Positions 1 through 9,735 of a stretch of DNA of 37,501 nt are shown here, in pieces. The notes beneath the pieces are model-generated. The model saw only the letters and a list, made by a program, of their open reading frames with translations, made no database searches and was not told where the DNA came from. The first letter of the stretch is position 1. Every line of letters starts with the position of its first letter. The translations under genes and the position numbers were made by a program. This DNA is from Psammoneis japonica (lineage: Eukaryota), in NCBI GenBank assembly GCA_008632985.1, contig QPGO01000173.1, positions 124,001 through 161,501 of the forward strand, read 5' to 3'.

Positions 1-328
1 ATATTTCTGGTCGATAGATATAAGTACTGTAAGCCTAGAGTACATGTTTTGCATTTGCAAGGTTGCGGTTCTCGTGAGATTTCTTGGTGTAGAGATTTTG
101 AGAACCTCTATAGCAAACCACAAGCAAACGAAAAAAAAAAAAAGAATCTCGTCATTAACAATGATCAACCAACCGCAGAAACATTTCTTTAGATTATACA
201 TATAATATCGTTAGATCTCAAGTAAGTACATCATGCAACAAACCCGTTCACCTCCTACCAGTATTGGCCGATCATTTGCAAAATCCAATTTAGATTACAT
301 GCAACATTAGATCAGACAGACACACACT

Positions 329-1525
329 TCAAGCCGCACACGTCTTTTCCTCGTCATCGTCTTGCACTAGATCCTGTACACCTTCAAAGTATTCCCACAA
401 ACCACCCAGTGGCCCGTGTGGACGATGGCGTTTGTGGGAAAGACGAAAGTACACCATGTAACGAATGTGAGGAGACGCATTGTGAGCCACACGATGAGGA
501 ATTTTTTGATGTGCCAACATGACATCTCCTGGCTCCAAGAGCACTTGTTGCGAATCGTTTTTTCCATCCAATACGGGCCTGCACTTGAACCACGATGGAC
601 CCATGTCATCGTTCTTGTCTTGGTCCTCGCGAGCTTGTCGTGCCTTCTTCACCGCCTCATGGAGTTCACGATGAAATCCGGGAAAGACAACAAGATTGCC
701 ACAATCTTCGGTTGGTTGACTTGACAGAGCAACTCCGACAAGAATTTGAAACGGAGTCATGTGAATGGTATCCGTTCCGTCAATGTGCCACGCCTTGTCG
801 TCGGGATTCCGATTCTTGGGAAACCGAAGTGCCACTTGACAAGTTTCACAACGCTTGGGTGGTTTGCCGAGCAATTGTGTGGCCACGTGTAAAATGGGAG
901 ATTGGTGTAATAGATTTAAAACATCTGGACTTTTACGCGATGTAGCAATCAAACCCGTTTCCGCATCATAATGACCATCGTCATTCGTTCCCAACCACGC
1001 CATGCCGAGAGCTTGATTAATCGTGGCAAGCGCGCTGTCCACGAGATGGTCTTGGACTAAACCCGGCAAATGCAAGACACCCGTATCGACAAAAGTTTGG
1101 CGTTCCTTGTCTGTCAAGGTGTGCGTGGGTGGAGGAGACGAAGACGACTCGACACTCATTTCTTCTTCTTCTTGACAGGTTTCCGAAATGGGTTGAATCG
1201 ACAGTGGCTGTGGAGATTCGACTGGAACAAAGACTCCATGACTCACTCCCAAATACACGGAATCGCCTTTTTCCTTGTGTCCCACATTTTGCAACGCCAC
1301 CATATCATTGTCTTGCAGTGGATCTACAATCCATCGCGACCATGCACCACGTCCACTTGCGTGTTTAATGTTGCGTTGTGGACCACACTTGAGATTGCCA
1401 TCCGTTTCGGCATTGTAAAGCAAAATGCTGTCACCACTTTTGGTGGCATTATCGACCGTGTACGCAAAATGATGGACACCACCAAGATAAATCTCCGAGT
1501 CTGTGGTGAGCAGGTCCGTTGTCAT
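329..1525 (-). CDS. Phytanoyl-CoA dioxygenase (PhyH)-like Fe(II)/2-oxoglutarate dioxygenase with an N-terminal beta-rich domain
   Basis: ORF 329..1651; likely start MTTDLL at 1525. Has the HxD motif (WHIDG), GNLVVFPGFH and LEPGDVMLAHQKIPHRVAHN..R..VYFR (distal His and 2OG-binding Arg), preceded by an LTDKERQTFVDTGVLHLPGLV segment typical of PhyH N-termini. Confidence 0.75.
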   Translation of the reverse strand: MTTDLLTTDSEIYLGGVHHFAYTVDNATKSGDSILLYNAETDGNLKCGPQRNIKHASGRGAWSRWIVDPLQDNDMVALQNVGHKEKGDSVYLGVSHGVFVPVESPQPLSIQPISETCQEEEEMSVESSSSPPPTHTLTDKERQTFVDTGVLHLPGLVQDHLVDSALATINQALGMAWLGTNDDGHYDAETGLIATSRKSPDVLNLLHQSPILHVATQLLGKPPKRCETCQVALRFPKNRNPDDKAWHIDGTDTIHMTPFQILVGVALSSQPTEDCGNLVVFPGFHRELHEAVKKARQAREDQDKNDDMGPSWFKCRPVLDGKNDSQQVLLEPGDVMLAHQKIPHRVAHNASPHIRYMVYFRLSHKRHRPHGPLGGLWEYFEGVQDLVQDDDEEKTCAA

Positions 1526-1899
1526 GGTGTTGACAATGTCACGAGAAAAATGGCAGCATCGTTCCGATGTTTGAAAAAAGTCACAATGTCGCGTGGGGTC
1601 ACGAGAAAATGTGAGGGCATAAAAAATAAAACCAAGATCCAACGGATGCATTTTGGAGAATTATATTCGTTAAATATGTACGAACATAAAATATGTTCTG
1701 ACGTCGTCCGTTCGTCCTCCACCCGTATCGGCGTTTGGTACGACACAAATCCACGTAGAACCTAACAGAGTCACGTTCCGTATGGTGCCTGTAGAAATGT
1801 ACAGGAGCAATCCAATCGGCCGCACAATCCTTTTTTCCATACCGGTAAGTTCAACGCATTGTTTTTTGTTTCACACAACCAAACAAAACACCATTCACC

Positions 1900-3421
1900 A
1901 TGTCGACCTTTCTCTTTACTTCCGAATCTGTCAATGAGGGACACCCTGGTATGTTCACTCTTTTGTGTGTGTATTGAAAAGGATTGTGGTGGAGATTGTT
2001 GATTTTGTTTTGTACCAAGAAAATACCCCTCCTCGTCGTGTGGCATGTTTTCGTCTCGTTCCGCCGTCTCGTGCATGGGCATGCGTTGTTGGCTATTTTT
2101 GTGATTATATTTGCAGTTACAGAGGGTAACTTTCACACACACGTTGATTGTAGTTGAATACGCATACAAAAAGGCCACTGTCGCATCAATAGTGTAGTTT
2201 TTCTTGCGCAACTTGAAACACGACGGGTACCTTTCTCTCCAACGTTCGTACTTGAACAACAACGTTCAAACAAATCATTTCACTCACTCACACACACTCC
2301 TCTTTCTCTACACAGACAAATTTTGCGATCAAGTGTCGGACGCTGTCTTGGACGCATGCATTGCCGGAGACGAATCGTCTCGTGTCGCATGCGAAACGTG
2401 TTGCAAGACGGGCATGGTGATGATTTTTGGTGAAATCACCACGGCCTCGACCGTCAATTACGAACAAGTCATTCGTGACGCCATCAAGGACATTGGTTAT
2501 GATGATCCCGCCAAGGGATTTGATTACAAAACGTGCAATGTCATTGTGGCCATTGAAGAACAGTCACCGGATATTGCTCAATCCGTCGATGCCGTCAAGG
2601 TGGAAGACATTGGTGCCGGTGATCAGGGCATTATGTTTGGGTATGCCACGGATGAGACGGATTCGTACATGCCCTTGACGCACATGTTGGCCACATCGAT
2701 CGGGTCCAAGTTGACGGAAGTCCGCAAAAAGGGAATCTGTGAATGGGTCAGGCCCGATGGCAAGACGCAAGTCACGTGTGAATACAAGTTGGAAAACGGT
2801 GTGCCCGTCCCACAACGTGTCCACACGATTGTCATTTCCACGCAGCATTCCGAAGACGTGTCGAATGAACAGATTGCGTCGGATCTCATGGAACACGTCA
2901 TCAAGCCGGTTGTGCCGGAAAAGTATTTGGACGACAAGACCATTTACCACTTGAACCCGTCCGGTCGTTTTGTCATTGGTGGTCCTCACGGCGATGCCGG
3001 TTTGACGGGACGAAAAATCATTATCGATACCTACGGTGGATGGGGTGCTCACGGTGGTGGAGCCTTTTCCGGAAAGGACACAACCAAGGTTGATCGCAGT
3101 GCCGCCTATGCCGCCCGTTGGGTGGCCAAGTCCCTCGTGGCGGGTGGATTGTGCAAACGTGCCCTGGTGCAGCTGTCCTATGCCATTGGTGTGCCGTACC
3201 CACTTTCGGTCTTTGTCGATTCGTACGGGACTGTCAAGGAGGGCATGACGGATGCCGATTTGACTGAAGTGGTCAACAAGAACTTTGATTTGCGTCCCGG
3301 ATGTATTATTCGGGATTTGGATCTCAAACGTCCCGTCATGCGCAAGACGGCCGCCTACGGACATTTTGGACGGGACGATCCCGATTTTACCTGGGAGAAG
3401 GTGAAGGAACTCAAGCTTTAG
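1900..3421 (+). CDS. metK: S-adenosylmethionine synthetase (MAT); exons 1900-1948 and 2316-3421, 367-nt GT-AG intron 1949-2315
   Basis: Exon 1 reads [17 protein letters not shown]|gtatgt and joins cag|AC AAA TTT TGC GAT (DKFCDQ). Signature motifs [14 protein letters not shown] and GGGAFSGKD are present; stop TAG at 3419-3421. Confidence 0.97.
2100..2137 (+). promoter_or_regulatory. Putative intronic hairpin containing a METTL16-like TACAGAG motif
   Basis: TGTGA..AGTTAC-AGAGG-GTAACT-t-TCACA: nested inverted repeats around TACAGAGG (2118-2125), preceded by an acceptor-like ttgcag. Function is inferred only. Confidence 0.4.
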
Positions 3422-3450
3422 AAGAACTACAGAGGTTTCTTGTAGTTTTT
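3422..3450 (+). promoter_or_regulatory. Putative 3'UTR hairpin containing a METTL16-like TACAGAG motif
   Basis: AAGAAC-TACAGAG-GTTTCTT directly after the metK stop codon (TACAGAGG at 3428-3435). An alternative pairing AACTACA(3425-3431)/TGTAGTT(3441-3447) is also possible. Confidence 0.4.
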
Positions 3451-3679
3451 GAAACAATAAAAAAAGTAAAATGAGGTTGTGTGTGTTTCAAAAAAAAAAA
3501 AGTGATTCTTCTCTCAATAGAGTTTAATAGCGCTGTTTATCGTTGGTGCCGTCTTGCTTTGTTTGTCTCTCATCACATTCGAATGATTTTTACAATGTTC
3601 TCGGGCCGTACGGCAAACGCAAAAGACTTGTTTTGTTCTTTGGTTCAAAAAGACAAAAGTAGCAGTTCTCTGTTCTCTA

Positions 3680-3775
3680 GTGGAGAGAGACGAGCGGGCT
3701 TTTTGTGCATGACCAAGACATGTGGGAGCAGGGGGCTCCGTCTCTGCATCGTGGTAAGGCACTCTAGTAGAGCAC
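3680..3775. repeat. Short dispersed repeat, copy 1 (related to 14590-14718), at the left edge of hypermutated block A
   Basis: tggagagagacgagcgggctttt ... cagggggctccgtctctgcatc ... aaggcactctagtagagca matches, in the same order, tggagagagacagcgcgggctttt ... caggggtctccatctccacatc ... aaggcaaaactctagagca. Confidence 0.5.
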
Positions 3776-6700
3776 GACTCTCTGACACAACACTGCTTGG
3801 ACTGCAGCTCTTTAAAGGTGCAGCACTGCACCACAGTGCAGGAGGTGGGGTGGGTGTTGTTCAAGAAACTGAACATGTCCAAGCCTGAAACAAAGCCAAC
3901 AAGGGGATGATGCCTGCAAGCACCAACACAGATGCCTTGACAGGACAGGCACTTTGTGATCTGTGCACTCCTGCCAGCTTTGCAATGTGCAGGACCAGCT
4001 GACCTCCAATGGAGAGAGCTGGTGGTGGATGTGGAGTTGTTGGCAAAGTCTGGAATGTTGCAACAGACACAAACCTCCTGCTTGATTGGACTGTGGGTGT
4101 TGAGCCTGCCCCCCCCCCCAAAACATCACTTGATGCTGTTGGGCACTTTGAAGCACCTTGCCTTGAACATCAAGATTGAGGGGGGAAGATGCTTGCTTTT
4201 TGGCAGCTTTCCAGTGCAGCTCGTGCCAGTGTGGATGTTTGACTCTGGCACTTTTCAAAGAGCACTTGGTTGGTGGCCTTCCTTTTTGGCAAGCTGCCCA
4301 CCTGCAAAAGTTGGTCCTTGGGATCTGAAGATGCAAAACAACAGTCGCTGCATCCTCAGTTGGACACCTGTGGTCAAAGTCAATGCCTTTGATGACATCA
4401 ACCACGCTGCGCCCTCCCAGGTGGGACCTTTGAAAGGCAGGTGGTTTGTGATGTGCTGTCCAAGTTGGCTGCACTCGTGCACAAGCCCTGGCTCATGTTG
4501 ACAGGGCTTGCAGTCATTGACATGGCTGAACAAGTTCCTTGAGAAGCAAGCACATGGTCTTTTGCTGCAACCCTCTTTGAGGATCTTGGAAAAGCTCACT
4601 CTGGGGCATTCACATTGACGTTGAAGGCATGGACCCTGGCTGGTGCAGCCAGATTTTGTGGGATGTGTTTTGAGCTCAGGGCATTGTGGCTGAGCCCAAC
4701 TTTTGCCAGTTTGCATGTCAGGTTTCTCGTGGCCAACTCTGCATTGAAAGTTGTTGCCCAGCTGCAAACTGCTGTTGTTGGAGCTCTTGCCAAAGAGGCT
4801 GGGAAATGCCTGCCAGTTCACAGGCTGGGCCAACCAATGCCCAGGCTCAAGGAGACAGCATGCCCACACTGAGAATGCCAAACTTTGGAGTGAGTTGAAA
4901 GAGACAAAGCACCTGACATGAAAGGAGGTGGGGGGGGAGCAGAGAGGGGGGCAGAGTTGCCCTCCAGTCACCACAGCCTGAGAGATGTCCTTCACAGTCA
5001 AAAGCTCTCGACCTTTCATGGAGTGTGTCTCCTCATCTGGTTTGCCCCCCTGCCCACTGTGGCCACTTTTTCTCCAACTGTTGAAGTGGGCAGCATCTCA
5101 GCGCACCTTGACAATTCCAAGTCATCACCTTTTGGCAGGACATTGCACCACAGCTGTTTCAGCCCCAGCGCAGGTTGACTTTCATGTGCATCCCCCAGTC
5201 TGAAGTTGTTCAAGCATCTGGAGCAGCAACCTCCCTTGATTTGGCCTTGGGGCCTCAACCTTTCTTGGGAGGCTGTCTCTCACATGAGGATTCTTGCAGG
5301 GGGTGTCAGCTGTCTGCTTCCCAGTGAGGGGGTTGTGGCCTGTCTCAGTGCTGGAGTGTGTGGGACCAATGAGGTCATGTTGCATGGAAAACTGCTTGTC
5401 ATCTGTCATTGGTGGCTGGGGTTGCCCCACTGCAAACAATCCTGTTTTTCCACCAAAACTCATGTTCCACACTTGGGGGGCAGACTGCATTGACACACAA
5501 GTGCAGGTGGGCTCTCTGACAAGATCTTTCTTCCTCCTTGTTTTGGGATTTGCACGGGGACAGCCATGGGCAACTTCAGGGGTGTGCATGCCAGGACCCA
5601 CCTCTGCCACCATTGCTCATGGATTGTGCAACACTTGGGGTGCAAGTTCTTGAGCAAATCTTTGGGAGCTCCTGGTGGTCATGGGACAAAGGCTTGTCTC
5701 TGCCACTTTGGTGCTGCTGGCCAACCCCAGCCTGGCAGTTGGCAGCCAATGGCAGCCCAGCACACCCATTTGTGTCAAGGGACCTCTCCCAAAGTGGTGG
5801 AAGCAACAACAAAGTTGGGGCGCTCCAGCCAAGGTCCAATGAATGGCCAAGAAGCTCCAACAAAAGAAGGTCCAGCCCCAGTTGAAAGCAGAGGGGATGA
5901 AGCAACACAGCTTCAGGTGGTGATTCAGTGGCTCAGCACAGCCAACTTGGAAATGTGATGTGGCTGCTCAACAAAAATGTGACATCACTTTGAAGATGAT
6001 GCCACATGAAAAAAAATGAAAAAAAATGTCATTGGCCCTTGAGCAATGCAGGGCACCCTGCCAAGTGCCAGATGTCCCACTTCATCAAAGTGCACCAGGG
6101 TCACAGTTTTGCTGACACACACTGCACCTGTTCTCTGCATGCTGGTGCAGATGACAGAGAAACAACCACTGCACAATCAGAGTTCTTAGCCAACCACCAC
6201 AAAGTCAGAGCAGTTCTGAGCTGTGCACCATTCTTGTGCAATGCAGCACTGCATCAAGTGTGATGATGGCCTCAGCAAAGCAGGAGAAAGCCAAGCTGAA
6301 GGCTGCTGTCAGTGGAGGAGCTGAGTGCAGCACCATGGCTGTGGGTGCAGCAGGGCAAGAAAGCTTTTGTGATCACCACCATGCTGGAAGAGGGTGCTCC
6401 AATCCAGCTCTCATTTGCCTGCCTTGGGCTTCAATTGAAAATGTGGGGAAAGCAAAGCCATTGAAAAAGCCTCCACCCTGGCCAGCTGCCACCAGAGTTG
6501 TGGCAAGCAATGCAAGCACATTGAGCAGCAGGAAAAACAAGTGGAGAGTCTCTTGTGTGACAGCAACAGCAGCAGTGATGAGAGGAGTGTTGAGAGCATT
6601 GCTGAGGTGTGACGTTGTGTGACATCACATCAGATGTTGTGCATGTGTTTGCACTGCACAATGTTGAGTGCTAAAGTGTGACACAATGTGCCGCTGTTTG

Positions 6701-9330
6701 CACCTGTCACATGCCAGAAGTGAAAAACAAAGCCAGCAAGAAGTGCAAGCAAAGGGTGAGCAAGATGTCAAAGTGAGAGCAAGGGACACACAAAGAGGTG
6801 CAAAACTGACAGCAGCAACAAGGGCATTGAGAAAGCAAGAACATGCAGCTGCACTGCAGTGTGCAACACTGCATTCTTTCATGTTCTCTGTTGTTTGTGC
6901 CAAACATGGGTGATGAAGTGACAAAAGACAAGCACAGTCAGGAGAAGCAGTGATTGCAACCACCACAGCAATGACCAGGAGAGAGCAGCGCCAAGAAGGA
7001 CAATCTTTTCAACGATGAATGGCAAGAAATCAGAGGTCAGCAATGTTGATGAGGGCAGTGTTCCAGCGCAACAGGACAGCAGGGCCAGTGAGAAACACAA
7101 GGTGAAAAAACAGCTGTCCTGCAGCTCTGTTGCAGTGCTCTTGTGACGTGCCATTGCATTGCATCTCATGCACCAGAACAATGACAAAGCAAAGGAGGAG
7201 GATTGCAGTGGTGGCAAGAATGTCACAAATGTCTTTGATGGCCACTCCACAGCATCAGGGCAAAGGGCATTGGATGGCTGTGTTGCTTTCCAGGTGGGTG
7301 CCAAAAGAGACCCTCCTGACTTCAAAACCATGCACAGCATGAAAAATTTCTTCGAAACCCTGGGAGGGTCTGTGCAACATTTGACATGGTGCCTTGAAAG
7401 GGCCACAAAAATGTTGCACAAGCAATCAAGGGTTGTGACCCAGGTGAGTTAAAGGCCAACAAATTGTGCTTTTTGTCTGATTGCACCTGAGATGGTGCAG
7501 GTTTTGGTGTCTTAGTGCAAGTGAAATTTGGCAGTCACCAAGGATGTCACACCACAAAATGTTGCGCAATGTTGTGCTGCAAGACACAGTGGAGTGCTGC
7601 ACAATGTGATGTGCTGGTTGCCAAGCAGTGCAGAGTGCAACACACATGTTGTTGAGCAAGCATCAAAAATGCTCAACACAAAATGTCATGCAATGGAGCA
7701 TGATGTGCTGCAATGAGATGTGTCGCAACTTTGCACCACACATGCCTTTTTTCCTTCTTTTTGTCATGAAGTTTGCTGCTGTTGAAAAAGAGTGCTCCAC
7801 ACTTCAAAGAAACAGCAGGTCACAGGACACAAGAGCTTCGCAAACACCTGGAAATGCAAGGGATCATTGGAGCTCTGCAAGAGAAAGATCAAACTTTGTG
7901 CAAATCACTGGAAAAAATGTGACAAGCACCTTTCACAGCATGACAGCTGTTTTTTTGAAACATTGCTGCCATGTCCTTCACAGCAGGCAACATGTGGCAA
8001 CACCACCGCTGCAATGAGAACATGGGTCATGTGTGTGTGCCAAAAAACAACCACCCAGCCCTCTGTCAACACACACTTTCATGCACTCTGTGCACTCCTC
8101 AATGCAATGAAGCAGCCCTTGTTCCATGAGTCCTTGTGTGAACAGAGGAAAAGATGACACAGAGCACACCGTGCAACAAGGTTGTTGGGGCCATTGTTCC
8201 ATGTGCCACCACACCACCCTTTGTCTGCTGCCCTTTCTGCCCATCCCTGGGGCACCCTGAGGTGTGGCAGAAGAGCAACTGTGAAAATGTTGTGTGGCAT
8301 CACAGTGTGTGGCAACATGCTCTCCAGCCCTGTTGGGCCGCAGAATTCCAGGCGCAAGCTCTGCAGCAAAGTTGCCCAGCAGTGAATTTTGCCAATGACC
8401 GCTGACAGAAAACAGGCAATTTTGTGAACAGAAAAAACTCCTTCATGCTTGAAGCACATCATTTCCGCTTTGCCTTGCTGCACTCTTCAAATGCACCAAA
8501 GACTGCACCCAGCCAGTGTTTTTGATCCCACAAAATCGTGAAGGCGAGCCTTTGGCTTTTGGCAGCTTTGCAAAATGGGGAGCGTGAAACAACTTTGTGG
8601 AAGATTGCAGGTGGAAATGTGCATGTGGCACATTGTCAAAAAACACTGACACCACAGTGCAGCAGTGTGAGGCCTCACCTCCAGAGCTGGCTCGGAGCAC
8701 GTCGGGCATTGAGCGCCGTGCATCTCAACAGTGCACTGCATTGCCTGCTGCCTCAATGTCACACAAAGGCACACCTTTCTCCATGTGTTTGGAGATGCAA
8801 AAGCAGCCTGCAACCATTGTTTGGTGCAGGTGGCTGCATTGCACAGGGGGCACCACACTGCGGGTTTGTGTGGCAAGAAATCCCGCAAAAGCTCCAAGCT
8901 TTGCCAAGCAGGGTTGGGTTGCCCCCTTTTCCAACACAGCAGCGTGCAAGAGCTGAGAGAGCTTGGGTTTTCCTGCTCTTGCAGCACATGTCCAGTTGAA
9001 AAGGGGCAAGCTGCTTTCCAGAGCAAGAGTTGGGGGTTGGAGGAGGAAGAGCACCTTTGCCTCGCCGTGTGGCGCAACAGAGAAGTGCCGTGATGCCGCG
9101 CCATGGTGCACGAGTGGCTCTGGTGTTGCGATTTCAAATGCTGTGCTCCGATTTCAAATGCTGTGCTGTGATCACTGTACAGTGCAGGAAATGCCGGCAC
9201 AGTGCATGACATAAAGCAGAAAGATGAGTGAGGATGAGGCTCAGGCCCGGTTCACCACTTGGTTCAGCAGAAATCAATTGCCCTCAACATCTTGAAGACC
9301 TCATGATGTGGGTTCAGCGATTCACTGACT
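3700..9330. other. Hypermutated block A: TpA- and CpG-depleted, TG/CA-rich decayed sequence (probable transposon or gene relics)
   Basis: No TA found by eye between ~3815 and 6186, and few CGs. ORFs in all six frames lack Tyr and are rich in Cys/His. The origin family is not recognisable. Boundaries are approximate. Confidence 0.85.
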
Positions 9331-9735
9331 GTTTACTTAGGATTCCCTATTTCTGGAAAATGTCTTCTGTCCATTCAATAAATAATGTCAATTGTCTTGC
9401 TCTGATCTGAGACATTTCTGGGCTATATGACATTATTTGTAATCATTTTCAAAACAACATCACATGATCGTCATCGGCAATCCTTTCTTTCCTTTTTTCT
9501 CATCACGGTAATTTAGCGGCCTCCTCGTCTCGTCTCGACTCTACTGTATGGTTTGTTTTGGATCCTCCTTGTCGCCTTATTCTGAAGTCTACGTTGCTCA
9601 GTTCACAGTTTGGAGTTCACACCATTCCCGGATATTTACATGGGCGATAAAAGGAATCTATTACAGTACAAATTCCCTGCTTTTCGCTCTTCGAAACGAC
9701 CTACATTTACGGCTGTTCAGCTGTTCAGCACGAGG

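Noticed and set aside
2204..2315. ORF-track N-terminus MRNLKHDG... of SAM synthetase
   Set aside because: It is intronic; the conserved N-terminus [13 protein letters not shown] is encoded by exon 1 at 1900-1948.
2564..3457. 297-aa antisense ORF over metK (and the 231-aa ORF 1070..1765 opposite the dioxygenase)
   Set aside because: Shadow ORFs produced by codon bias on the coding strand; no motifs.
5400..5460. Minus-strand QDCLQWGNPS resembling the non-LTR reverse transcriptase QG..LSP motif
   Set aside because: The match is weak and no YADD-like motif could be found at the expected distance, so block A is not assigned to a transposon class.
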